From IMG/VR virus record IMGVR_UViG_3300012942_000074, positions 1-41,788 of that record: a DNA stretch of 41,788 nt; one strand, 5' to 3'. Under the pieces are notes generated by a model. It saw nothing but the letters and a program-made list of their open reading frames with translations, did no database searches and was not told the origin of the DNA. Source of the DNA: a virus. Its lineage: Duplodnaviria; Caudoviricetes. The position numbers and the translations under genes were made by a program. Positions 26,510 to 35,991 of this stretch are shown here, piece by piece (the first letter of the stretch is position 1; each line of letters opens with the position of its first letter).

Positions 26510-26572
26510 AGCGTTCCCCCGTCAGATTCCATGTTCAGCCCGCAACTCTAATGTTCAGGTGAAACCATAGCA

Positions 26573-27001
26573 ATGGCGATGCATACTCCGGACGAACCGA
26601 CGCTCAATCTTATTCCAAGAGAGAATATCGAGTCCGTGCAGCCGCTTATTGCGGAACACCTCAAATCTGTCGTCGAACGATCCAGAGGAAAATTGACGCC
26701 GGACGAGATCGTCGAAGCGTTTATCTCCGGGAAATACCAGCTCTGGCTGATCTGGAACGGATCGTTGCTTGCCGTCGGCGCGACGGAGCTGACCAAGGTC
26801 GCCTCGGGCCTCAAGATCTGCACCATCCATTTTCTGACCGGTGAAAATTCCCTCTCCTGGCTGCATCTCATCGGTGACTTGGAACAATGGGCGAAGGCCC
26901 AAGGCTGCGGCCTCATGAAGGGCTACATGCGCAAGGGCTGGGCGAAACGCCTGCCCGACTATCATCTGACGCACGTTTCACTTGAGAAAGAGCTTGCCTG
27001 A
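26573..27001 (+). CDS. GNAT-like virion assembly protein (P22 gp14/T7 gp13 position)
   Basis: LEQWAKAQGC...MRKGWAKRL; precedes the ejection genes. Confidence 0.65.
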   Translation: MAMHTPDEPTLNLIPRENIESVQPLIAEHLKSVVERSRGKLTPDEIVEAFISGKYQLWLIWNGSLLAVGATELTKVASGLKICTIHFLTGENSLSWLHLIGDLEQWAKAQGCGLMKGYMRKGWAKRLPDYHLTHVSLEKELA

Positions 27002-28029
27002 TGGACAATTCACCATCGACAACCACGCAAACGACGAAGTCCGAACCGTGGGCACCGGCGCAACCGGCGCTATCGAGCATTCTTGCTAAAGCGCAGACAC
27101 TCGGCGGCAATACCAGTCTCTTTACGCCGACGACCACAAATTCGACGCCGGTTCTGCAGCAGACCGTGCAAAACGCGTCCAATCCGACGCAGGCCGCGAC
27201 GACGATCAATCCTCTGCTTGCGCAGACCAACGCCAACTACACGACAGGCGCCAGCACGCTCGGGAACCTCGCAACCGGCGGCGCGACCGACGTCAACATG
27301 AACCCTTACCTTGAAGATGCGCTCAAGCCCGCCAACCAGATGACGGCGGATGCCGTCAATGCGCAGTTCTCGGCGGCCGGCAGGTATGGTTCTGGCGCGC
27401 AAACGACGGCGCTGACGCGGGAGATCGGCAACCAGAACAACACCGCGCTTTCGAACCAGTTCAATACGCAGCAGGGCAATGCTGCTAATGCTGCGGCCAC
27501 ACTTGCAAATAACGGAATCTCAGCGGCCGGTCTCGCGCCCTCGGTCGATACGGCCAACAACCAAAAGAACCTGCTCGGCATAGAAGCCGGTCAGCAATTG
27601 GACGCCAACGCTCAGGCGGAGAAGCAGGCACCACTCGCGGCCCTCGGCTATGAGCAGGGCGTCGTGCAGCCGATTGCCGGGCTTGGCAGCAGCGGGACAT
27701 CAAGCGGCACATCGGTACAGGGATCAAATCCAGTAACGACCGGGCTTGGTCTCGGGCTCGCCGGTCTCTCTCTATTTTCCGACGAACGCGTCAAGGAGAA
27801 CATTCGCGAGGTCGGCAAGACGCACGACGGACAGAAAATCTATTCTTACAACTACAAGGGCAACCCGGCGCCAACGCTCGGGCTGCTTGCCCAAGACGTC
27901 GAAAAGGAACACCCCGAAGCCGTGGGCAATGTCGGCGGTGTCAAGACCGTCAACTACCGGCAGGCGACTAAAGGTGCTGCAAAGGGCAAGGTGCGTAACC
28001 CGTCGGCTCTTGGGATGTTGGCGGGCTGA
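27001..28029 (+). CDS. Ejection/internal virion protein with C-terminal S74 intramolecular chaperone domain
   Basis: EPWAPAQP; GRYGSG; FSDERVKENI...GLLAQDVE...VNY. Confidence 0.8.
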   Translation: MDNSPSTTTQTTKSEPWAPAQPALSSILAKAQTLGGNTSLFTPTTTNSTPVLQQTVQNASNPTQAATTINPLLAQTNANYTTGASTLGNLATGGATDVNMNPYLEDALKPANQMTADAVNAQFSAAGRYGSGAQTTALTREIGNQNNTALSNQFNTQQGNAANAAATLANNGISAAGLAPSVDTANNQKNLLGIEAGQQLDANAQAEKQAPLAALGYEQGVVQPIAGLGSSGTSSGTSVQGSNPVTTGLGLGLAGLSLFSDERVKENIREVGKTHDGQKIYSYNYKGNPAPTLGLLAQDVEKEHPEAVGNVGGVKTVNYRQATKGAAKGKVRNPSALGMLAG

Positions 28030-29156
28030 TGGGGCTGCTCGATTCCTACATTCCACAGGTCGAGGGGTTTGAAGGTTTCACCCCTCAGGCGTCGTGGGAT
28101 TACAAGCAATATACCAACGGCTACGGCACGCGCGCGCTTTATCCGGGCGAAGTCATTGACCGGAACACCGCGCAACAGCGGTTCGGCAACGACTGGAATT
28201 CGGCAACCAGCACCGTCAACCAGTTTGCGCCCAACGCTCCTGATGGCGTGAAGGCGGCTCTGTCGTCGCTGACGTTCAACGCCGGGCCGAAGTGGATGAA
28301 TTCCGGCCTCGGAACGGCAATCAAGAACGGCGACTGGCAAACGGCGAAAAACATCTTCCTGCAATACAACCACGCGGGCGGCCAAGTGAACCCTGGGCTC
28401 GTCAAGCGGCGTCAGGCGGAAGCGCAATGGTTCGATGGTTCGGTGCCGGGGCGGATGGCGCTCGGCGGCCCTCCTCCAACAGATACAGAGGATAGTGCAC
28501 CTATGCCGGGACTCTTAAGCGCTGGCTCCAACATGGCGAAATATCTTCCGCCTCCTGCCTCTCCCATCGCGACGGGAAGCGTTCCTCCGGCAGGCGGCAC
28601 TCCCTCCGCGGCTGGCGGCGGGCTTCTTGGCGACGTTAGTGACAGGTTGCGAACAGCGCTTTCCGATCCGCTATTTCAGTTCGGCGTCGGCATGGCCGGT
28701 GCGGGTTCGCAAGGCAAGGGCATTGGCGGCGGCCTGCTCGGCGGAACGCAGAACGCCGACGAAGCATATAAAACGGCGATCCTGCAGCGGTCCGTGCAGT
28801 CCATGAAACAGCGCGACGAGTTTATTCGATCGCTTTCGGACCCGAACAACCCGCTGTCGCGGTCGCTCTCGCCGCAGACGCTCGCAATCCTCAAAGGATT
28901 GCCTCCGGATCAGGCGGCAGCCGCAATCGCGCCCGTCCTCTCGAAGAACGCCGAACTGCAGTACATGCGGCAATACGATCTGCAGAACATGCAGAACATC
29001 TTCCAGATGATGAAGGGAATGCACGGCGGCAATAGCGCGTCCGCAAGTCAGCCGCCGCCCAATGCGAAGCAGGCGGCGGATGGCAACTATTACGTCCCCG
29101 ATCCCAACCGGCCGGGAAAATATCTGCAATGGGTTCCCGGTAACGGAGCGCAATAA
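28029..29156 (+). CDS. Ejection protein with N-terminal GH24 lysozyme
   Basis: FEGF...TNGYGT; ALSSLTFNAG; GLVKRRQAEA. Confidence 0.85.
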   Translation: MGLLDSYIPQVEGFEGFTPQASWDYKQYTNGYGTRALYPGEVIDRNTAQQRFGNDWNSATSTVNQFAPNAPDGVKAALSSLTFNAGPKWMNSGLGTAIKNGDWQTAKNIFLQYNHAGGQVNPGLVKRRQAEAQWFDGSVPGRMALGGPPPTDTEDSAPMPGLLSAGSNMAKYLPPPASPIATGSVPPAGGTPSAAGGGLLGDVSDRLRTALSDPLFQFGVGMAGAGSQGKGIGGGLLGGTQNADEAYKTAILQRSVQSMKQRDEFIRSLSDPNNPLSRSLSPQTLAILKGLPPDQAAAAIAPVLSKNAELQYMRQYDLQNMQNIFQMMKGMHGGNSASASQPPPNAKQAADGNYYVPDPNRPGKYLQWVPGNGAQ

Positions 29157-30076
29157 TGCCATTCATCCCCGTTGATCACGATCCTTTCGCTGCGCCGGAT
29201 GGCCCGCAGGCGAGCGCACCGAATGTGACGCCGACCGGCTTGCCCGCTCCCGGCGGCCCAACACCGCTTTCAGGTGCACCGATGGCGGGCATGGGTGTCA
29301 CCCCGCCTTATCAGGACGATCAGGATTGGGGGCAGCTCGGCTTGGCCGCAGGCCTCATGTCTGGCGGCAATTCACGCGGCATGGCAACCGTCATCCAGAA
29401 CACGCCGGGACATCAAGCCGCCGTCGAATATGCCAAGGGCATCGCCAAAGACAAAGCCGACGTTGCCAACACACAGCGCGGCGTCGTGCCGATGTTGCAG
29501 GCCCTCGATGGCATGGAAAAGCGGTTCATCGATTCCGGGAAGAGCGTCGCGAGCGAGGCCATCGGACCTAACTACGGCGGCTCATATATACCGCTGCCTG
29601 ATACCGCGAGCCCGATGTACCAGAACATACGGGCGTTCTTTCGCGGCAGCGGCGATCCCAACAATCCCGACGTTTATGACAAAGCCGCCGACCTCAATCA
29701 GCAGATGCAGCACGCCAAGGAAGGAATTGCCACGCTGTTTAAGGCAATTCCGGGCGCTGGAAAAGCAGGCGCGACCGATCAGGCTCAGCAGAAGCTCGAC
29801 AATATGATCGACGACGCGATCCATTCGCGCGATCCAGAAACCTTCTTCCGCATCATGCACGACGCCAAGAACTTCGTTCGCGGCCTCGGGCAATTTCCTC
29901 AGCTCCCAGAACCGAAGAGCTTCGTTCCCCCGCAGTGGGCTCCCCAACAACCGAGTGCCGCGGCATCGGCATCGCAGGCCGCGCCGCAAGCCGCCGCGCA
30001 ACCGCCGCGCGCGGTCAATCCCCAAACCGGCCACACGATCGAGTGGAACGGCAAGCAATGGGTTGATGCACAGTAA
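29156..30076 (+). CDS. Ejection/internal virion protein
   Basis: Ala/Gln/Pro-rich helical protein; TAATG-coupled to both neighbours. Confidence 0.75.
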   Translation: MPFIPVDHDPFAAPDGPQASAPNVTPTGLPAPGGPTPLSGAPMAGMGVTPPYQDDQDWGQLGLAAGLMSGGNSRGMATVIQNTPGHQAAVEYAKGIAKDKADVANTQRGVVPMLQALDGMEKRFIDSGKSVASEAIGPNYGGSYIPLPDTASPMYQNIRAFFRGSGDPNNPDVYDKAADLNQQMQHAKEGIATLFKAIPGAGKAGATDQAQQKLDNMIDDAIHSRDPETFFRIMHDAKNFVRGLGQFPQLPEPKSFVPPQWAPQQPSAAASASQAAPQAAAQPPRAVNPQTGHTIEWNGKQWVDAQ

Positions 30077-32385
30077 TGGCTGATCCAGTCCCGCCGCCCG
30101 GCTACCAGCTTGTCCAGGCTCCGGCGCAATCCGGCGCGCCACCGCCGCCACCCGGATACCAGCTGGTCAATCCCGCTCCTGATCCGAAAAACGCGCCGAC
30201 GCTGGACTATTACAAAAACTTCGCGGGAGGCCCCGCAGGTGGTCCGCAGGCGGCCGACAATGGTGACGGACGCTCGTTCGCCCTGACACGTCAAAGCGCG
30301 CCCGTGGCTGCGCCCGCGCCAGCACAAGCGCCGGTTGATGATCCGCGCGCCGCGGCGGCCGACGCGCAGGTGGCACAGGAAGCGCAACAGCATCCGATCG
30401 GCCATGAGATCAATGACACGCTGCTGAGCCTTCTCCGCGGCACGCCGGTAGGGTCATGGGAAGACGAAATCGGCGCCGGTGCCGCGGGTCTGGCTAACAG
30501 CATCTCGGGCGGTGCGATTGGCGAGCCTTACGACGACGCCAAGGCCTATATGGACGCGCGCCTGCGCTCGATCGACAAAAACAGCAAGACGCTTGGCCAT
30601 ATCCCGACGCCGTTTGGGCCGCTCCCCGTCACGACGGAAGGGTTGAAGGAAATCGCGGGCGGGATAGCCTCGGCTCCGTTCACACCCATCGCCCGTATCT
30701 TCAAGGGCGCATCTCTCCTACCAACAATCGGCAATGACATCGCGACCGGTATCGGGCTGGGGGGCCTCTATGGCGCCGGTAACGGTGAAGGCGGCGGCCG
30801 GGTCGACAATGCGGTCAAAGGCGCGGTCGTCGGAGGGTTGTTGGGCGGAGCTATCCCGGCGGTGGTTCGAGGCGCCGGTAATCTCGGAGGCGCGCTGGCG
30901 AAAATCGCAACGCCGTTGCCGCAGGAGCTTAGCCAATTTCATCCGCAGGCGATCAAATCGCTGGCGCCACTCTTTGAGAACGACAACATCCAGTTCCGGA
31001 ATGGCGTCCCGCTCGCCAATCACGGCGAAGTCTCACCAAACCCCATTCCTCTCGGTCCGGATGGAACGCTTGGAGACATGGGCCCGACGATGCGCCAGCT
31101 GGTCAGCGGCTTGGCCGCGCGTCCAGACACGGCCGGGATCATTCGTCCGGTCTACGAAAATCGCGGCTTCGAGGCTCCGGGACGTATTCAGGCATCCGCA
31201 AATCAGGCTCTCGGCGCACCCGAGAGCATTCCGCAGGCGTTGGATGATGCCAAGGCGCACTTCAACGGTTTGGCAGCGCCTCACTACGATCAGTTCCACA
31301 ACACTTCGATCCTGACGACGCCTGAGATTGCCAGCGTCATGCGGGACATTCGCACCTCGGCACCGGGCGCAATCAACGCGGCGCAAAAGCTTGCTGCGGG
31401 CGAAGGCTATCACGGGCAGTTCAAGATCACGGAATCGCCCGACACCATGACCCCCATGACGGGCGTCAACAAACGCACCGCCGAGCCGGTGCCAACCGGG
31501 ATCGAATACGACTATATCAAGCGGGCCGTCGACGACGTTGCGCGGAAAGCGGCGCCAGGCTCGAACGAACAGCGGATTTATAGCAACCTCGCGCGGCGGC
31601 TTCGCAACGCGGTCGACACTGCGCTCAACCCCGCCAATCCGGCCGCCTCGTCGTGGGCGAAAGCGCGGCGGTTTGCAGAGAGCGGCTTCGACGCCAAGAA
31701 GGGGCTGCAATACGGACAACAGGCTTTCAAGAACGGCATTACGCCCGATCAGCTCGCCTATGATCTCAGAGGCAAGAGCGCATTAGAACAAGCCGCAATC
31801 CGCCTTGGTTATCGAGATGGCCTCAGAAGCACGATGGGCTTCAAATCGTCGGTCCTCGCAGGCCGGGGCGACAGTGCAGCGCGTCAAGCGTTTAATTCAG
31901 AATTTGGCCGCGAGAAGCTTCGCATGGTCGCTGCCTCTCCGACGGCGGCTGACGATCTTGTGCGCCGGATCGAAGCCGAAAGCGTGATGGCCGATACGAC
32001 CGGCAAGGTTTTGAGAAATTCCGAAACCTCAAGCCGCGAGCAGGTCAACAAGCTCTATCCCAATCCCAGGGATGAGACCAAGTTTCCGTTTGGGGCGACC
32101 GAACTCCCGTTCATGGCGGCGCGCAAAGTTTTCGAAGCCCTGACCAACGAAGCCGTGACGGAAAAGCAAATACGCGTCGCAACCGATACGGCACGGATGC
32201 TCGTGGCGCAGGGTGCGGATCGAAACGCCATCGCGCAGGGTCTAAGGAAATATTTGAATAACCGAGGTCTTTCGAACCGGTCGCGGACCGCGATCATCCG
32301 CGTCGCAAATGCGATCGGACGCGGCTCCAGAGGCGTGCTGGTAAATTCACAAACCACGCCGCAATTGCCCGCGGCGCATCCCTGA
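30076..32385 (+). CDS. Large ejection (DNA transfer) protein
   Basis: 769 aa; Gly-rich hydrophobic segments (GLGGLYGAG, GAVVGGLLGG). Confidence 0.8.
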   Translation: MADPVPPPGYQLVQAPAQSGAPPPPPGYQLVNPAPDPKNAPTLDYYKNFAGGPAGGPQAADNGDGRSFALTRQSAPVAAPAPAQAPVDDPRAAAADAQVAQEAQQHPIGHEINDTLLSLLRGTPVGSWEDEIGAGAAGLANSISGGAIGEPYDDAKAYMDARLRSIDKNSKTLGHIPTPFGPLPVTTEGLKEIAGGIASAPFTPIARIFKGASLLPTIGNDIATGIGLGGLYGAGNGEGGGRVDNAVKGAVVGGLLGGAIPAVVRGAGNLGGALAKIATPLPQELSQFHPQAIKSLAPLFENDNIQFRNGVPLANHGEVSPNPIPLGPDGTLGDMGPTMRQLVSGLAARPDTAGIIRPVYENRGFEAPGRIQASANQALGAPESIPQALDDAKAHFNGLAAPHYDQFHNTSILTTPEIASVMRDIRTSAPGAINAAQKLAAGEGYHGQFKITESPDTMTPMTGVNKRTAEPVPTGIEYDYIKRAVDDVARKAAPGSNEQRIYSNLARRLRNAVDTALNPANPAASSWAKARRFAESGFDAKKGLQYGQQAFKNGITPDQLAYDLRGKSALEQAAIRLGYRDGLRSTMGFKSSVLAGRGDSAARQAFNSEFGREKLRMVAASPTAADDLVRRIEAESVMADTTGKVLRNSETSSREQVNKLYPNPRDETKFPFGATELPFMAARKVFEALTNEAVTEKQIRVATDTARMLVAQGADRNAIAQGLRKYLNNRGLSNRSRTAIIRVANAIGRGSRGVLVNSQTTPQLPAAHP

Positions 32386-32563
32386 ACTCCTGCCGTTCAT
32401 CTGAGTCCGCAACGAGATAGCTAACCGCGAAGATGCCAATGAGCGTCTCGACGGCGGCCCATTGGTTGCCTGCATCGATCTGCGGTTTCAGCCAGTGCCC
32501 GAGCGCTAGCACGCAATACGTCGTGCAGCAGAACACGAATATTCGCTGAAAAAGCCCTGCCAC
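32294..32563 (-). CDS. Small 2-TM protein, candidate superinfection exclusion
   Basis: GGAGG RBS before GTG 32563; two hydrophobic helices; antisense to the late genes. Confidence 0.5.
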   Translation of the reverse strand: MAGLFQRIFVFCCTTYCVLALGHWLKPQIDAGNQWAAVETLIGIFAVSYLVADSDERQEFRDAPRAIAAWFVNLPARLWSRVRSHLRRG

Positions 32564-32580
32564 CTGAGGTCCTCCGAAAC

Positions 32581-34350
32581 ATGCCCGGATCAATTTACGA
32601 TTGGACTATATCACCGGACGCCAACGCCACAAATGACGGCGACATTAATTGGCAGGAATTCCAGGACCCGGCAACGGTAAATAATTCCGCCCGCCGCGGA
32701 ATGGGGCGCATTGCGGAATTTCTTGGTGATTTGGCGCCAGGCCGGACATCGACGGGTGGCTCCAACGTCTACAACGTCGTTGCGAACTCGGCGCCCGTCA
32801 CCGTTGCGCTGCCGAACGGCTTCGTTGTGTCGTTCATCGCGCATCAGGCGAACACTGGGGCATGCGTTCTCGCGGTCAATTCCTTCGCCTCATCGCCGCT
32901 CAGGGCCGTCACCGGGCAGAGCTTGCTTAAAGGCGCCATTCAGCCCGGGATGCCGATCACCGCCTTTTACAAGGCGGATACCAACGAATTTCTCGCGCTC
33001 GGGACCGGCGCCAACGTTGCGGCCTACCTGACGGCGTTTCAGTCGGTCGATCTGACCGCGCGCTTAATCAAGGTCGGAATGGTGTTCCCGTGGCCCGGCG
33101 CGACGCTGCCGGGCGGCTACATCTACGCCGCCGGACAAGCGGTTTCCCGCACTGACTATGCCGAACTCTTTGCCGCCTATGGCACGACCTATGGTGCAGG
33201 CGACGGCTCGACCACGTTCAACGTTCCTGATTACCGGGGGCGCGCGCTCTTTGGCGACGACAACATGGGAGGCACGACGGCCGGCCGCATCACCTCAGCA
33301 GGCAGCGGCATTTCTGGCACGACGCTAGGCGCAACGGGAGGCGCCGAAACCGTTACACTGGCGCAATCAGACCTCCCTAATATCAGGCCGACATTCACCG
33401 GCAACGCTGTTCCGGATCACACGCACACATACACACAGTTCAAAGTGGGCGAGAGCGGTGTCGATGCGCAAGGCGGCGGCAACCGAGGCACGCAGACCGC
33501 TTCCACGGGATCTGCTGGCGGTCACACCCCGTCGGGCACCATTAGCAGCATCAATGGCGGCGTTACTCAAACCGCCGTCAATAAGATGCCGCCGTGCGCG
33601 ATCTGCAACTGGATCATCTTTGCGTCTCCGCCTCTCGCCGCGGCCGGAGCGCTCGGCACCAACGGCCTGCAATTTAATTTCGACAGCGGAACGACCGATG
33701 CCGACCCCGGCGCGGGCAACCTCCGTTTCGATAATGCTGCCCCGGCGAGCGCGACGCACGTCTATGTCTCGAAAACCGATGCCGTTGGCGCGGATCAGAC
33801 GCAGAACCTGACCAACATTTTCGGGTCCGCATCGAGTACCAAGGGAACGGTTCTGATCAACAAGGTCGGGACGCAGGGAACGTGCTTCTCCTGCCTCGTC
33901 ACGGCGATCGATACCAGCGCGGACAACTACATCAAGCTGACGATTCAGAACCCGTCGTTTGCCGGTTCTCTCGCAGCAGGTGACAGTCTCGGAGTGCAAA
34001 CGTCACGGACCGGCGATCCCGGCGCGCAGGGCGCAAAAGGCGCGGTCACGCTCGCCAATGGCTTGAACTCGGACATCGCGAACTCCGGCGCAACGTCGGA
34101 TCGCATCACAGGCCCAACGTCGTCGTTCTCAGTCGGGGGCATAGCTGGCGGCGTCGATGGCACCGTCAAGCGACTTTACAACACCACCTCGCAAGCAATG
34201 ACGATCGTCAACGGCGATGCATTGTCAGCCGCGGCCAACCGCATCAAGACGCTGACCGGCGCCGACGTCCTCCTGCGCTCCGGGACCTCTTACGCCAGCC
34301 TCGAATATGACGGCACCGAATCCCTCTGGATTTTGATGAGCACAAACTGA
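32581..34350 (+). CDS. Tail fibre protein with tail-collar domain
   Basis: GQAVSRTDYAELFAAYGTTYGAGDGSTTFNVPDYRGR. Confidence 0.9.
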   Translation: MPGSIYDWTISPDANATNDGDINWQEFQDPATVNNSARRGMGRIAEFLGDLAPGRTSTGGSNVYNVVANSAPVTVALPNGFVVSFIAHQANTGACVLAVNSFASSPLRAVTGQSLLKGAIQPGMPITAFYKADTNEFLALGTGANVAAYLTAFQSVDLTARLIKVGMVFPWPGATLPGGYIYAAGQAVSRTDYAELFAAYGTTYGAGDGSTTFNVPDYRGRALFGDDNMGGTTAGRITSAGSGISGTTLGATGGAETVTLAQSDLPNIRPTFTGNAVPDHTHTYTQFKVGESGVDAQGGGNRGTQTASTGSAGGHTPSGTISSINGGVTQTAVNKMPPCAICNWIIFASPPLAAAGALGTNGLQFNFDSGTTDADPGAGNLRFDNAAPASATHVYVSKTDAVGADQTQNLTNIFGSASSTKGTVLINKVGTQGTCFSCLVTAIDTSADNYIKLTIQNPSFAGSLAAGDSLGVQTSRTGDPGAQGAKGAVTLANGLNSDIANSGATSDRITGPTSSFSVGGIAGGVDGTVKRLYNTTSQAMTIVNGDALSAAANRIKTLTGADVLLRSGTSYASLEYDGTESLWILMSTN

Positions 34351-34796
34351 TGGCAACACATATCCCGCACTCTCTGGACGCTGTCATCATTGCGGTCCAG
34401 GCGCTCGTCGACGGCCGCCCGATGCCGACGGAGTGGTCGCGCGAAGCAGGAGCCGAGCCCGCGCCGGCTCCTCCCGCTCCCGTCGTTCCGCCGTTCGATG
34501 AAGCCGCGCTGATGCAGGCCGTCTCCGGCCTCATCGACGCCAAGCTGAAAGACATGCCGCAGCCTCAGCCGGTCGTTCAGGCCGCAGAGCCCGACCACGA
34601 ACTTATCGCACGAGTTGAGACGCTCGAACGCGCCAACGCGGCCGTCCCGCCGGGATTGAGCGAGAACGTGGCTCTCGCTCTCGATATCCAGAAATCACAA
34701 ACCATCAAAAACACAAATCTCGAACAGCGTGTCGCGGCTCTCGAAACCATCATGTTGCGTCTTGGAGAAGCGGTACACAAGGAACAAACAGCATGA
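34350..34796 (+). CDS. Hypothetical coiled-coil protein
   Basis: Coupled between the fibre and endolysin genes. Confidence 0.65.
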   Translation: MATHIPHSLDAVIIAVQALVDGRPMPTEWSREAGAEPAPAPPAPVVPPFDEAALMQAVSGLIDAKLKDMPQPQPVVQAAEPDHELIARVETLERANAAVPPGLSENVALALDIQKSQTIKNTNLEQRVAALETIMLRLGEAVHKEQTA

Positions 34797-35572
34797 AAAC
34801 GAGCGAAGAGGGACTGCGGTTAAATCGCTCCTTTGAAGGCTATCACCGACGGCTCGAGAACGGCGATTGCACGGCCTACCAGACCGACCTCGGCGGCGGG
34901 AAGCTCGATATTCCGACCTGCGGCTATGGCACCACCAAAGGTGTCACGATGGGCATGGTGTGGACGGAAGCCTATGCGACCGAGCGCATGATGCAGGACC
35001 TCGAAGAGGCAGAGCGCTACGTCCAGCAATACGTGACCGTGCCGATCAATCAGAACCAGCATGACGCGCTCGTGCTCTTCACGAACAACTGCGGTCCCGG
35101 AAACCTTCGAAAGCTCATCGCACCGTTAAACCGTGGCGATGCAATGGGGACGGCAAACAAGTTCCCGCTCTACGTCAAGGCGCAAGGTCGAACGCTTCCC
35201 GGACTCGTTTCACGGCGGGCGCGCGAACAGGCTCTGTTCCTCAAGCCGGTCGAGGCGCCAGCCGAACCGTCCATGCCGCAGACGGTCTCCAAGGCCGTCG
35301 AACCCCCGTCCCGCAAAACCGTCGCCGCTGCCGTTGCGGCCGGTGGGACAGCGGTGGCGCAGGTGCTGCCGGCCGATCCTCTCGGGACGGCCGAGAACGT
35401 CGTTACGACCGGCTCTCGCGTGCGCAGCGTCGCACAGCAGGGCCATGACCTCTCGGGCTGGGCTCTGTCGCTTCCTCATTGGCCGGTCATCGCCGGGGCT
35501 GTGGCGCTCGCTGGCGGCCTCTATTGGGTTCTGTGCCACTGGCTCCCGTCCAAGCAAGGATCACCGTCATGA
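34793..35572 (+). CDS. Endolysin (GH24) with C-terminal hydrophobic segment
   Basis: SFEG; PTCGYGTT; NQNQHDAL; GLVSRRAREQALF; C-terminal TM. Confidence 0.92.
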   Translation: MKTSEEGLRLNRSFEGYHRRLENGDCTAYQTDLGGGKLDIPTCGYGTTKGVTMGMVWTEAYATERMMQDLEEAERYVQQYVTVPINQNQHDALVLFTNNCGPGNLRKLIAPLNRGDAMGTANKFPLYVKAQGRTLPGLVSRRAREQALFLKPVEAPAEPSMPQTVSKAVEPPSRKTVAAAVAAGGTAVAQVLPADPLGTAENVVTTGSRVRSVAQQGHDLSGWALSLPHWPVIAGAVALAGGLYWVLCHWLPSKQGSPS

Positions 35573-35814
35573 TGGAGCTTATCGCGTTCTTCGGGACGCT
35601 CTGGGGCCGCGTCGCGGTCGCGGGCGGCATTGTGGCTACGCTGCTCGCGGCGTGGGTGGGGTTCGCGTGGCATTACGAGAACAAGGGCGCGGCAAAGGCC
35701 GTCGCCAAGATTGAACAACGGAACAACGCCAATGTCGCAAAAGCTCAAGCCGCCCGTCGCTCTGTCCAAGATATTCCTGATAACCAGCTTGATGATCAGT
35801 ACCGCCGCGATTGA
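35569..35814 (+). CDS. Rz-like inner-membrane spanin
   Basis: N-terminal TM plus short coiled coil after the endolysin. Confidence 0.7.
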   Translation: MMELIAFFGTLWGRVAVAGGIVATLLAAWVGFAWHYENKGAAKAVAKIEQRNNANVAKAQAARRSVQDIPDNQLDDQYRRD

Positions 35815-35980
35815 GGGCTGTTCGTCGTTGCCGGTTGACTCGTCCTGCCGGTCGTTCGCGCCGATCACTTGGTCGCGAAAGGACACGGTGCCGACGCAGC
35901 GGCAGGTGATCGCCCATAACAAGGCGTATCTGGCGATCTGCCCGGCCCCGACGAAGCTGTCAGCCTCGAATTATCCGTGA
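35732..35980 (+). CDS. Rz1-like outer-membrane lipoprotein spanin
   Basis: Overlaps Rz in another frame; signal peptide MSQKLK...AAIEG/C lipobox. Confidence 0.7.
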   Translation: MSQKLKPPVALSKIFLITSLMISTAAIEGCSSLPVDSSCRSFAPITWSRKDTVPTQRQVIAHNKAYLAICPAPTKLSASNYP

Positions 35981-35991
35981 CGAGGTCTTAG

